Positions 40,391-50,404 are shown, counted from the stretch's first letter. The stretch: 64,000 nucleotides of DNA from Desulfobacterales bacterium (GCA_046483495.1 JAWODC010000026.1:10838-74837); one strand, 5' to 3'. Numbers and translations are program-made. The notes: generated from the letters alone by a model not told the origin.

Positions 40391-41497
40391 TTAATTGAAC
40401 CCGTAATCGACGATGTCCTTTTCGTCGAATTTGTCCCCCCTTCTCGATCTGCCCCCACGCGCCATTTGCTCGTGAAGATTTTCCTCGGGCACGCTCAGCG
40501 TATCCTCGGGCTTTCGGATGAGGAACAGGGCTTCTTCGGTACAGGCTGGAATGCAGAGGCCGCATCCAATACACCTGTTGTAGTCGATCTCTGCCACGTT
40601 TTCGGCATTGATTGAAATGGCTTGAACCTGGCATTTGGGGACGCAGGCTTCACAGCCGGTGCATTGATCCGGATCGATTCGGGCGATATGGTTGGAAACC
40701 ACCAGCTTGGCTGGAAACGGCGTTCTCCGGGCGGCTCCCAGGAACCCGCAACAGCACTTGCAGCAGTTGCAGATCATGAACGGGCGGGTTACCGATTGGG
40801 TCTGGGTCACCAGGCCTGCGGCATGGGCGTCTTCGATGATCTTCATGGCATCATCTAAGGTGATCCGGTGCCCCATGTTGTTTTCGATGTAATATTCCGC
40901 CATGGGACCCACCATGATGCATGCATCCAGGGGAGCGTCGCAGGCCCGGTCAAACAGCTTTCTCTGCATTCGGCACGAACATTCCGTTACGGCGATCAAT
41001 GGCTCTTTTTTCAAGATTTCATAGGCATCGTCATACGTGGCGATTTCATGCCTGAATTCCACCGATTCCTTGACGGGCAGAACTCTCATGCCGGAGCCGC
41101 TGCCTCCGGCCATATTTTCTTTCAGTTTTTCCCGAATATATTTCCCGGTGAGATCCACCAGTTCCTTGGACATCCAGGGAGCCTGGAATTCTAAAAGCCC
41201 GTGTATGAAAGGAATGGCGCTGTACTTCACCTCGTCGTCTTCACGCACACGGTACAGCAGCCCTTTGCGTGCCAATTTTTCCAGCTTGCGGGCGACATCC
41301 GCTTCCGATTCTCCGATGCGCCGGGCAACGGATCGGGGTGTTTCCAGTTCTCCGTGCATCGTGTTAAAAATGGCTGCATCTTCTTCACTGAAGAGCAGCT
41401 TGAGAATGTCGATTTCCACACCGGATTCCGTTTCAGGAAAACCGAATGAATACTGGTCCAATTGTTGCTGCACTTTACGGTATATATCTTCAGACAT
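40391..41497 (-). CDS. Cys-rich 4Fe-4S dicluster protein, paralogue
   Basis: CSCR, ICNCCKCCC, CTGCEACVPKC, CIGCGLCIPAC. Confidence 0.88.
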   Translation of the reverse strand: MSEDIYRKVQQQLDQYSFGFPETESGVEIDILKLLFSEEDAAIFNTMHGELETPRSVARRIGESEADVARKLEKLARKGLLYRVREDDEVKYSAIPFIHGLLEFQAPWMSKELVDLTGKYIREKLKENMAGGSGSGMRVLPVKESVEFRHEIATYDDAYEILKKEPLIAVTECSCRMQRKLFDRACDAPLDACIMVGPMAEYYIENNMGHRITLDDAMKIIEDAHAAGLVTQTQSVTRPFMICNCCKCCCGFLGAARRTPFPAKLVVSNHIARIDPDQCTGCEACVPKCQVQAISINAENVAEIDYNRCIGCGLCIPACTEEALFLIRKPEDTLSVPEENLHEQMARGGRSRRGDKFDEKDIVDYGFN

Positions 41498-41781
41498 GTG
41501 TTCCTCCTGAATGCTGTATCAAAACAGGCGCCCTGATGGAAGGGCCGGGCTTAAGGTTAATCAAAAGAGGCTCACGGTATGTTTTGGTGTATACGGGCGT
41601 TACGCGTTGCGTATGCATTGTGACCGAATCCGCCGGTTTCACGCTGCTTGTTCAAAATATGCATGATTGGGAAATAAAAGCAACGGAAAATTTCGTGTAA
41701 TTCGAATCGGGTTTTGAGCCCCCGGGAGAGCCGGCCGATAGTGTAACAGCGTCGGGTAAGATGAATCACCGGCTTCGCGTT

Positions 41782-42906
41782 TCAGATTTCATCGGGCATT
41801 TCAGGTGAAACGGCATCCCGGTGTTCGACCACCACTCCGTTCGCTTCGAGATAGGCCCTCAACACCTGATGCCTGGCGGCTTTTCCCACCTGTGTCAGCT
41901 TTCGACATGCTTCGTAGAATTGAGCCATATCCCCTTTTTTTTCGGCAAGGATTTTTCGGAAGGCCGGCACGAAATCATTGTAAATCGCCACCGTGCATAT
42001 TTTTACATTGTTCAGGGGAGGAGACATCCAGACATCGTATGCCGCCCATTCTGCATCCATTGCTTTGCGCCGATGAAATTCTTTCCGCAGATCTGAGAAG
42101 ATCGATGCTTTTCTTTTTCGCTTTTCAGATTCAGGGGTCGGAGAATGATAGAGTGATTCGAGTCTTTCCCGGTATTGCGAGATGAATTCGATAAACTCCC
42201 GGCGCAGGCTGCATTTTACGATATATGCTTCATAGAAATCCGGGTTTTCCAAAGCCGATTGCCATCTGCGCAGACCTTCCTGCTCGACGAAACTTGCAAA
42301 TCCTTCATTGAAAGCCGTATCCCCTTTTACATACAGTTTGCGATGGGCGAGCTCATGAAATATCAATGCCGCCACCGATGCGGCGGAATATCGAAGAAAC
42401 GTGCTCAGTACCGGATCATCGAACCATCCCAGGGTGGAATAGGCGTATACGCCGCTTACACACACGTCCAAGCCCCGGCTCTTCAATCCGGCGGCATACC
42501 GTTCAGCTTCTTCTTTGGAAAAATAACCCCGGTAGGCGGCACAACCCACCACCGGATAACACCAGGTGTGGGGGGTAAGCGAGAACTCGGGTGTTGCCGA
42601 AACCGTCCAGGCGACATGGGGTTTATCAAGGTCTACGAAATGGCGGTAATTATTATCCACCGGCAAATGAAGTTCGGATCGGGCGAATTCCCGCACGCGA
42701 AGGATAAACGCCAGTCTCTTCTGAAGGGACTCGGGGGACTCCGAATCACGGGTGATTTCGGCAATCGGCCGCCGTTTGGCCATCATATGATACTGGCCCT
42801 GAATGGCCTGGCGATAATACCCCAGTTCCCCGCAACCGGAAAGCACAAGGCCGCAGAACAGGAGCCCCGGGATCGAGAGGTGTTTTTTTATGGGAAAAAT
42901 GGTCAT
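41782..42906 (-). CDS. Predicted Zn aminopeptidase lipoprotein (DUF2265-type)
   Basis: LSGC lipobox, WCYPVVGC.AYRGYF, AYSTLGWFDDP, FHELAH...FNE. Confidence 0.85.
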   Translation of the reverse strand: MTIFPIKKHLSIPGLLFCGLVLSGCGELGYYRQAIQGQYHMMAKRRPIAEITRDSESPESLQKRLAFILRVREFARSELHLPVDNNYRHFVDLDKPHVAWTVSATPEFSLTPHTWCYPVVGCAAYRGYFSKEEAERYAAGLKSRGLDVCVSGVYAYSTLGWFDDPVLSTFLRYSAASVAALIFHELAHRKLYVKGDTAFNEGFASFVEQEGLRRWQSALENPDFYEAYIVKCSLRREFIEFISQYRERLESLYHSPTPESEKRKRKASIFSDLRKEFHRRKAMDAEWAAYDVWMSPPLNNVKICTVAIYNDFVPAFRKILAEKKGDMAQFYEACRKLTQVGKAARHQVLRAYLEANGVVVEHRDAVSPEMPDEI

Positions 42907-43076
42907 TCAGCCTACCCTGATGTCTTGACAAAACGATTTTGGCATTTGATCGAGGAAAAACCGCATGAGAGCCGGAGACATACGAACCTATGCTGAGAAC
43001 TTGCATGCGTTTCTACCGAAGATAGTATGACAAAAAAGGATATCAGAATAGCTTGTAGGAAATTCGCGAAGACATG

Positions 43077-43967
43077 TCAAGGGTGGCCTTTGCCGGAATT
43101 GGTTTTCACCCCCAAACGCGCCATCAGTCGACAGGCATCATGAGGGGCATGCCCATGGTAATCGTTGTCGAAATAAACGTAGGCATCCCGGGTTTTTCGC
43201 TGAGGCGGTTTTCGGTCGGTTATTCGTTCGGGATGATCCGGCTCGCTGCCGGATGTCCAACGGCGTATACTGTCGGCCCAGCGGTCGAGGTCCTTATCCG
43301 AATATCGGCTGGCGTACGTATGTGGGGAACCGTGAAGACGCAGGTAGACAAATCCGCCCGTAATCTCCTCTATGTAAGGCCATTTGCCGCTGTCGGAAAA
43401 CACGAGCGCCACACCGTGCCGTCGGATCAGCCGTACGAATTCCGGAACAAATAGTTTTTCATCCCGAATTTCAAAGGCATGCCGAATACGACGGTTTCGA
43501 TCTACCCGCGTGGAAGCCCTTCCACTCAGGCGGTGGTCGTGATGCTTGGCCAGTTCTGCGGCCTCCTTCGTATTTTTGGGCAGCAGCTCCAGAAATGCTT
43601 CATAACGTCCCTTTTCCGGACCCCTGGCGGAAAACTGCCACAGAATGGGACCGAGCTTTTCACGCAACTCCAGGAAACCGGATGCAAAAAAATTGGCCAA
43701 CGGGGTTTTGATGTCCTTGAGCTTCTTGGTATGGGTGATGAACCGGCTTCCCTTGACGGCAAAAAGAAAGCCGGGGGGTGTTTGCTCGTAATACCGTCGC
43801 CATGTGTCGGGCTTTATCAATGTATAAAAAGAGCCGTTCACCTCGATCGAATTGAAGATCCGGCCGGCGTATTCCAATTCTTTGCGTTTGGGAAGGTCTT
43901 CCGGATAGAAATCGCCATGCCAGTTGCCGTATGTCCATCCTGAAATTCCGATGCGAATGTCAGTCAT
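43077..43967 (-). CDS. DUF72 (YecE-like) protein
   Basis: IGISGW.Y, EVNGSFY, VKGSRFITH, YLRLHG, YVYFDND. Confidence 0.92.
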   Translation of the reverse strand: MTDIRIGISGWTYGNWHGDFYPEDLPKRKELEYAGRIFNSIEVNGSFYTLIKPDTWRRYYEQTPPGFLFAVKGSRFITHTKKLKDIKTPLANFFASGFLELREKLGPILWQFSARGPEKGRYEAFLELLPKNTKEAAELAKHHDHRLSGRASTRVDRNRRIRHAFEIRDEKLFVPEFVRLIRRHGVALVFSDSGKWPYIEEITGGFVYLRLHGSPHTYASRYSDKDLDRWADSIRRWTSGSEPDHPERITDRKPPQRKTRDAYVYFDNDYHGHAPHDACRLMARLGVKTNSGKGHP

Positions 43968-44255
43968 GTGACCTCCACTTGACCCGGACCGGTTTCAGCT
44001 TTTTATCCGTTTGCCTGATTTCTACATTTTAACCGATAATGGTTGACCGGGCTTTTTGAAATGGGGTGATGCCTTTAAACCTCGAACGTATGTCCTCTAT
44101 CTTCCAACCTGCAACCGTGGCTGAATGGATTTTATCGATCCAACGAATACAGTGCCTGCGGCGAACATGTTCGTGTTGAACCCTATTTATTTATCTGCCT
44201 TATCCAAATAGGATATCGAACAGTTCATCGCATAAACGATTACGGAGGCAACGAA

Positions 44256-44441
44256 ATGGAATACATTGTCGGGTTTATCATTCTGATAGCAGACATTTGG
44301 GCGATCGTTAACATAATTCAGGCGCCGGGGACATCGACAGGGGCTAAGGTGTTGTGGGTGCTGCTGGTCCTGATTTTACCCGTTATCGGGCTGATTATTT
44401 GGCTGATAGCCGGTCCTCGAGGCGGAAGGCGCAGTGTCTGA
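44256..44441 (+). CDS. Stand-alone PLDc_N domain membrane peptide
   Basis: DIWAI...KVLWVLLVLILPVIGLIIWL; SD GGAGG. Confidence 0.85.
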   Translation: MEYIVGFIILIADIWAIVNIIQAPGTSTGAKVLWVLLVLILPVIGLIIWLIAGPRGGRRSV

Positions 44442-44477
44442 GGTCGATCAACGTTTAAGCCGACCGCACCCATACTA

Positions 44478-44625
44478 GAAGTGGTTTCAAAACCTCCCCT
44501 CAGGTCCAAGATCAAGGCGGGAGGAAGGAAGGATTCAAGCGCAGGAATACATAACGTATTTTGAGCATTGTATCCTTCCCCCCAACGCCGATATTGGACC
44601 TGAGGGGAGGTTTTGAAACCACTTC
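44478..44625. mobile_element. 148-bp MITE-like palindromic element with 32-bp perfect terminal inverted repeats, flanked by TA
   Basis: GAAGTGGTTTCAAAACCTCCCCTCAGGTCCAA at both ends in inverted orientation; TA at 44476-77 and 44626-27. Confidence 0.8.
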
Positions 44626-46094
44626 TACAGCCAATAATCGAATGCCAGGGCGAATCGCTCCAGAAACAGGTTTAACAGCGGACGGATTTTCCATTCTTCG
44701 AGAACAACCGCTTCTGATTGGGCGAGGTCCTCCTGAAACATGTCTTCCATTTTTTCAGCGAAATCACTGTCGAGAATGACGGCGTTTGCTTCGGCATCAT
44801 GGAGAAAACTGCGCGAGTCCAGGTTGCTCGAACCCACGGTTGACCAGACGCCGTCGATAACGGCGGTTTTGGAATGCAGGAGAGCTCCCTGGCGCTCGTA
44901 GAGTTTAATGCCGGCTTTCAAGAGTGACGTGTACTTGGCTCTGCCGGCATACACCGGCATCCAGAAGTCGCTGACGCCCGGGACAATGATTTTTACATCC
45001 ACTCCCCGTTGAACCGCGGCCGAAAGCGCCTCTATCAACTTGTGGTCCGGTATGAAGTAGGCCTGGGTGATGTAAATGTATTCTTCGGCATGAAAAATCG
45101 CCGACATGTAGGTTGCGTAGATGTTCGGAATTTTCTGTTCGGGCGTTCCGGCAATGACGCGGACGAGCGTATCCCCCTTCTTTTCGAGGGCGGGAAAATA
45201 ATGCGACAGGCTCCTTTCCATAGTACCGTGGCGCTGCCACATATCCAGAAAAAGCTTCTGAAATTCGGCAACAGCCGGTCCTTCCACCTGGACCTGGGTA
45301 TCCCGCCAGTAATAAACGGGTTTTCCTTTCTTTTTGATCACCGCTGATGGGCTCTTCTCATAGACGCGGTAGAAATTGATTCCCCCGGTAAAGGCGATTT
45401 TCCCGTCTACAATCAAGATTTTCCGGTGGTCCCGGTTGTTGAACGTCCATTTCCCGCATAGACCCCAGATGCTCAAGGGATTGAATTCGAATAGCTCGAT
45501 GCCGCCGGCCCGCAGGCGTTCGAAGAATGCTTCAGGAGTTCTTCGGGAACCATAACCGTCGTAAATCATTTTTACCCGTACCCCCTCGAAGCATTTCTTC
45601 AACAGCAGGTCCGCAAGCGGACGCCCAACGCTGTCATCCCGAATGATAAACGTCTCCAAATGGATATGATCCCGGGCATCTCGGATGGCTTTTTTCATTG
45701 CGGCCAGGGTTTCCGGGCCATCGCGCAGCAGTCTGACCTCGTTGCCCCGAATCAAAGGCTTTCCGGAAATCGCTTCCACCAGCTTTATGTGCCGGTCGAG
45801 AATACGCCTGTCCCCCGCATCATTTCCGAGGTCATCGATTATTGCTTGGATTTTCGGATTGAAGCATACCGCATGTTCATCATTTATGCGCGGATACGGG
45901 TGTGGTGAATGTGGAAAAGACAGGTAGTCAAGATCGGGAAGGCGAGCGCATGCGGATAGGGCGGCAACTGAAAAGCACACCAGAAGTACGGCGAGAAAAT
46001 GTGCTTTTCGGTTTCCGCTCCCGTATAGATTCCGTGCAGTGATAAAACGGCCTCGCTTATTGAATGATAGAGAAGCTTCCCAATGCGGTGACAT
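44625..46094 (-). CDS. cls: Cardiolipin synthase (PLD superfamily, ClsB-like; start uncertain)
   Basis: Two HKD motifs: HRKILIVDG and HSKTAVIDG..STVGSSNLD. Confidence 0.9.
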   Translation of the reverse strand: MSPHWEASLSFNKRGRFITARNLYGSGNRKAHFLAVLLVCFSVAALSACARLPDLDYLSFPHSPHPYPRINDEHAVCFNPKIQAIIDDLGNDAGDRRILDRHIKLVEAISGKPLIRGNEVRLLRDGPETLAAMKKAIRDARDHIHLETFIIRDDSVGRPLADLLLKKCFEGVRVKMIYDGYGSRRTPEAFFERLRAGGIELFEFNPLSIWGLCGKWTFNNRDHRKILIVDGKIAFTGGINFYRVYEKSPSAVIKKKGKPVYYWRDTQVQVEGPAVAEFQKLFLDMWQRHGTMERSLSHYFPALEKKGDTLVRVIAGTPEQKIPNIYATYMSAIFHAEEYIYITQAYFIPDHKLIEALSAAVQRGVDVKIIVPGVSDFWMPVYAGRAKYTSLLKAGIKLYERQGALLHSKTAVIDGVWSTVGSSNLDSRSFLHDAEANAVILDSDFAEKMEDMFQEDLAQSEAVVLEEWKIRPLLNLFLERFALAFDYWL

Positions 46095-46191
46095 TCAAAA
46101 TATAACAGACAACGAAAATGGGATCAATCCGTTTCATGCATGCATCGGCCGTTTTCGGATTGCAGCAAGGATGCGGGTGCGGGGCATCCCT

Positions 46192-47364
46192 TTACTGTCC
46201 GTGCTGCCGGGCTGCTGCATCCCGCGGGAGTTTTCCGGTTTCAAGAACCGTTTTCAACCGCATAAATTCATCATCCAGCAGCCGTTTCGGGTAGGCCCCC
46301 AATGCGGAAAGAGCCGCATGCCCGATTCCTCCGATGACCGGGTTATAGGTCAGCCTGAGGTTGACCGTCGTGCTTCCGTCCCGATTCGGGACCACCTGAA
46401 CGATTCCTTCCGATCGAACCCTGCTGCCCCTCTCGCTTTTCCATCTCAGCTCCTTATCCGGAACGATCGAGGTGACGGCCGATGTCCACTTTACGGGAAT
46501 TCCGGCAGGGCCGGTTACCGTCCACTGATAATGACCTTCGTCCAGCTTGACGACCTCCTTGACATGGGTCATGAACTTGGGAAAATCCTCCGCCCTTCTC
46601 AGCGTCTGAAATACTTCTGTAACCGGAGCCTGAATGGTCATGGACTTTTGGATATCGACGCCGCGCCGTCCGGAAAGCCCTACCAATCGCCTGAGGGGCA
46701 TGTTGGTTGCCGCACGGGTTACCAGTGGTATTCCGGTAACAGCGGCCGCCGTTCCGGCCAATCCCCGGCTGGTGACGCCGTAAACGGTCAAGGCCCCGCC
46801 GGCCAGGCCGGTGACAAACCGGACCGCGGGCGACCAGTTCTCCTGCAGCAGCTCGAACTGCCCGCCGGCCAACGGCAGGGCCGGTTCGCCTTGCAGCCCT
46901 GGAACGTTGCCGGGTTCTTTGTGAACTTCAAGATCGTGTTCGACCTCGCGGACGCCGCGAACCGACTTTACACTGTCGAGCAGGCTCGAGAGCTCATGCT
47001 CGAGAATCACGCCTGTCAGGCGGATGCGCCCGTCATTTGCTTCAACATGTATCGATCCCGGATGACCCACGACACCCCCCAGCTCGGTGCGCACGCGATC
47101 CACCAGCACGCTGTCCGGCACCTCTTCCTTTGCGGTCACGCGCTTCAGCCTGGCTGAAAATCCGTGGGCCCGATGTCTCATATCGCGGGAAATTTTTCCG
47201 GCCGCTTCGCCGGTGACATGCTTTCCGTGGACGGATTTGTCCCTTACCAACGCTCTTCGCCTCCTGCCGGTCTGCGGATCAAGCAGGTACATCAGGCCGA
47301 TGCCGATCCCGGCACCGGCCGCCACACTCATTGGATAACGCATATTCCTGATTGGATCGCGCAT
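46192..47364 (-). CDS. BON-domain / SRPBCC (cyclase-like) fusion protein
   Basis: MYLLDPQTGRRRRA anchor, BON-like segment, SRPBCC FPKFMTHVKEV...W. Confidence 0.82.
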   Translation of the reverse strand: MRDPIRNMRYPMSVAAGAGIGIGLMYLLDPQTGRRRRALVRDKSVHGKHVTGEAAGKISRDMRHRAHGFSARLKRVTAKEEVPDSVLVDRVRTELGGVVGHPGSIHVEANDGRIRLTGVILEHELSSLLDSVKSVRGVREVEHDLEVHKEPGNVPGLQGEPALPLAGGQFELLQENWSPAVRFVTGLAGGALTVYGVTSRGLAGTAAAVTGIPLVTRAATNMPLRRLVGLSGRRGVDIQKSMTIQAPVTEVFQTLRRAEDFPKFMTHVKEVVKLDEGHYQWTVTGPAGIPVKWTSAVTSIVPDKELRWKSERGSRVRSEGIVQVVPNRDGSTTVNLRLTYNPVIGGIGHAALSALGAYPKRLLDDEFMRLKTVLETGKLPRDAAARQHGQ

Positions 47365-47369
47365 ATGAT

Positions 47370-47969
47370 TTACTCCTCTGTCATGTTTTCATAATACCCC
47401 CGAACTTCTTGAAGCTGCTCATCCGAAAGCTGCTGCAATTCTTCCTGTGTAAACCTCGGTGACTCCTGGAAGGTGCTCTGATCGAACGAGGCCATCAACT
47501 GCCCCTGCTGATCCATTTCCAAAAGGTTGGACGGGACGGCATGCAATGCTTCCCCTTCTCCCTGGATGAATACATAACCGGAATCCTGGCCGGTGGGGTG
47601 CACTTCCGATATCGAACCGAGTAATTGTCCTTCCCTGGTCGTTACCTGCATTCCGATCAAATCATCGGCGGCCTGCACCTGGCCGGGTTGCTGTGCCTGG
47701 TCCATTTCACCGAAGGCTTCTTCCTGTTGGGCCATTTCACCCGTTTGATCTTGTTGACCCATTTGATCCTGCTCTTGACCGGCCATTTGGTCCTGCCTTT
47801 CCATCGGTTCGGCTACATCCCAGTCCTCCTGTTCCTGAACGGTTCCCTGTTCACCGACTTCAGGCTCCGCCATTCCGAATTCCTCTTCCTGATCCTGACA
47901 ACCGATAAATGCGCCCGCTATCAGAAATAAGCTCGAGACCAAAATAATGATGTGTTTCCTGATCGCCAT
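47370..47969 (-). CDS. PRC-barrel-like lipoprotein with Gln/Glu-rich linker
   Basis: FIGC lipobox, QDQM repeats, ADDLIGMQVTTREGQLLGSISEV; SD AGGAGG. Confidence 0.75.
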   Translation of the reverse strand: MAIRKHIIILVSSLFLIAGAFIGCQDQEEEFGMAEPEVGEQGTVQEQEDWDVAEPMERQDQMAGQEQDQMGQQDQTGEMAQQEEAFGEMDQAQQPGQVQAADDLIGMQVTTREGQLLGSISEVHPTGQDSGYVFIQGEGEALHAVPSNLLEMDQQGQLMASFDQSTFQESPRFTQEELQQLSDEQLQEVRGYYENMTEE

Positions 47970-48165
47970 GATAAATCCCTCCTGTTTTTTTTGGTTTTCC
48001 GGCCGTTTCCGTGTCGAAAGCCCCCTATTTACGACCGTCTGCATGATAAAAGTACTGAAAAACAAATCAAATGGGGTAAAACCCGAATTCCGACATGTGG
48101 GCTGATGTAAGTCGGCCGCCGGCTGATCGCTTTGACGGAAAGCGGATCTTGCGTGATGCACCTTT

Positions 48166-49548
48166 TCATTGTACGGCCTCGTCTAAGACGTTAAATCCAT
48201 GGGCCCGCAAATGATTTGCCAGAGCCTGTTGGGCGGCCGGCTCACCGTGAACCAATCTGATGGCGCCGGGTTTTTCCGGCATAGCTGAGACCCAGGCCGT
48301 GATTTCCTTTTGGTCTGCGTGGGCCGAATAGCCGGTGATTTCGTGGACCGCCGCCCGAATCGCATAGGTTTGATCTTCCAATTCAACCGCCGCACCTGAC
48401 CGATTTTTCTGCTGAAGAATCGAGCGTCCGGTCGTGCCCCGGGCTTGATATCCTACAAATATGATGTCGTTTTTCGGGTCTTCGATGCCGAACTTCAGGT
48501 GGTCGATAATCCGGCCGCCGGTGCACATGCCGCTTCCCGCTAATATGATATGCGGTCCGGAAAGGTGAAGCAGCTCATCATGGCCCATGGTAGATGCGGC
48601 CGTGTAAAGTTTTTCCAGCGCCAGCGGGTTTTCTCCTGAACGCATCATGTTCCGGGAGTCGGTGTCCCAAAACCGGCACATACGTTGATAAATTTCCGTG
48701 ATGTCGCTCCCAAGCGGGGAATCTAAAAATACGGGTATCGTGTTATCGAGATCGAGATTGGGAAACGTTTTGCGCAAGTCCGGATCGGTGCTCAGCCGGT
48801 GCAGGTCGTACAGCAGCATCTGGGTTCTTCCAAGTGCAAAGGCGGGGATGTACACTTTTCCGCCGTCGGCGACCGCCCGCTCCAGGACCGTCCCGAGACG
48901 TTCGATTCGCCCATCCCGGTCTTCATGGGTTCTGTCCCCGTATGTGGATTCAAGAACGAGCAAATCGCAGGCATCCGGCGGGTCCGGGTCGACCAGCAGC
49001 GGTTGGTGACCTGTGCCGATATCGCCCGAAAATATAACCGACCATGGGGGATCGGTGCTCACCAGGCGGACGAAGCAAGACCCCAGAATGTGCCCTGCAC
49101 GTTTAAGCTGGAATCGTATATTTTTTTTCAGGTCGAATGTTTCGCTGTATTCAAACCCCCACGTCATTTTTTGAAGTTTTTGGATCGTTTCTCTGTAGGG
49201 GACCACCTGCATTTCGGGAAACCCCATGGCATCCTCGAGCATGGGGACGATCAACTCCTGTGTGGGGTGCGTCGTCAGAATTTCGCCTTTAAATCCGTGC
49301 TTGATCAGGAAGGGCAGGTGACCGATATGGTCGATATGCGCATGCGTAATAAAGACGAAATGAATTTCCGACGGTCGAACGGGCCAGTTTTCCATCGGCA
49401 TAACCCGGTCATCTCCCTGGGCAAGACCGCAGTCCACCAGAATATTCAATGAATTCGCCTGCAGCAAATGCCCGGAACCCGTCACACCGTATTCGGAACC
49501 TAGATGTACGACTTGCGGCACGTGGGCCGGATTGCCTGTGTCAGTCAT
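48166..49548 (-). CDS. MBL-fold beta-CASP metallo-hydrolase (putative RNase)
   Basis: THAHIDH, AGHILGS, ESTYG, GSGMCTGGRI, YSAHAD, VHGE. Confidence 0.92.
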   Translation of the reverse strand: MTDTGNPAHVPQVVHLGSEYGVTGSGHLLQANSLNILVDCGLAQGDDRVMPMENWPVRPSEIHFVFITHAHIDHIGHLPFLIKHGFKGEILTTHPTQELIVPMLEDAMGFPEMQVVPYRETIQKLQKMTWGFEYSETFDLKKNIRFQLKRAGHILGSCFVRLVSTDPPWSVIFSGDIGTGHQPLLVDPDPPDACDLLVLESTYGDRTHEDRDGRIERLGTVLERAVADGGKVYIPAFALGRTQMLLYDLHRLSTDPDLRKTFPNLDLDNTIPVFLDSPLGSDITEIYQRMCRFWDTDSRNMMRSGENPLALEKLYTAASTMGHDELLHLSGPHIILAGSGMCTGGRIIDHLKFGIEDPKNDIIFVGYQARGTTGRSILQQKNRSGAAVELEDQTYAIRAAVHEITGYSAHADQKEITAWVSAMPEKPGAIRLVHGEPAAQQALANHLRAHGFNVLDEAVQ

Positions 49549-50404
49549 TTCTATGGACTCCTTTCCAGAACATTTTCAATCGATTCAGGCCGATCTTGCG
49601 TAAAATGTTTGCCTGTAAATCCCTTTTCGGGTTCATTTCGAGGGCAGGCGGTTTGGGCCGGTTTGCCGCGGCCGTGAAATTTGAAATGTGCATAAAGGAT
49701 ATAATATCTATTGGTTCGGCACAATAAAGGGAAAGGCGTAATACACCGATGAAAATCATTTATTGACGATGAGAAAACGGCGATTCTTTTGGCGGGAAAA
49801 TTGGGAACTAACTGGAATTTTCAAGTCAAATCATCAGCCGTCGAAGAATGCATTCTGTCGGTTTAGGCTCTTTTCGACTAGAATAAAGGTTTGACGGACA
49901 TAGGATACAACGGCACCTGATTGAACAAACCATCTTCACAGGGCACGTTGTATGTTAAACAACAGAAGGGGCATTGCATGACGAAACGGAAAAAAATCAG
50001 CCTTTGGGTCGCAAAAGACATTGGAGCAATTGCTTCGCTTTGAGCCGTATACCGGCGGATGGATACGCGGCGATTTCGAAATGCATCTGCCGATCGAAAA
50101 CATTTCGGAAATGCGGATCGAGGGGTCGGTGTGGGCCGGTGATGTAATTTGCGGAAAAGGGGTTGCCGAACCGCATTCGTTGTAAAAAGGTTATCCGGTT
50201 CGATAGATTCGGTTATACATTTTGCAGCTTTCTGAATGCATGATTTCCCCTATTTCGCGGTAATCCGCAAACGTTTACCATCATTGCGGTCGTTTCTGGG
50301 AACGGGTTGCAGACCCAAACGATTTTAATTCAGATCTCATGCAAAAGGGAATTCTCTCATCGAATTACGCGTGAGAAACTGCAACTGCTTCGGGGGAGTC
50401 GCCT

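Noticed and set aside
44512..44694. Short ORFs over the palindromic element, or reading it as CRISPR or a transposase remnant
   Set aside because: One inverted pair only, no spaced direct repeats; the ORFs are artefacts of the palindrome
46039..47157. 372-aa plus-strand ORF
   Set aside because: Antisense shadow of the BON/SRPBCC gene
47690..47880. Q/E-rich repeats as a RiPP precursor or DNA repeat array
   Set aside because: Degenerate low-complexity linker within a lipoprotein; no modifying enzymes nearby
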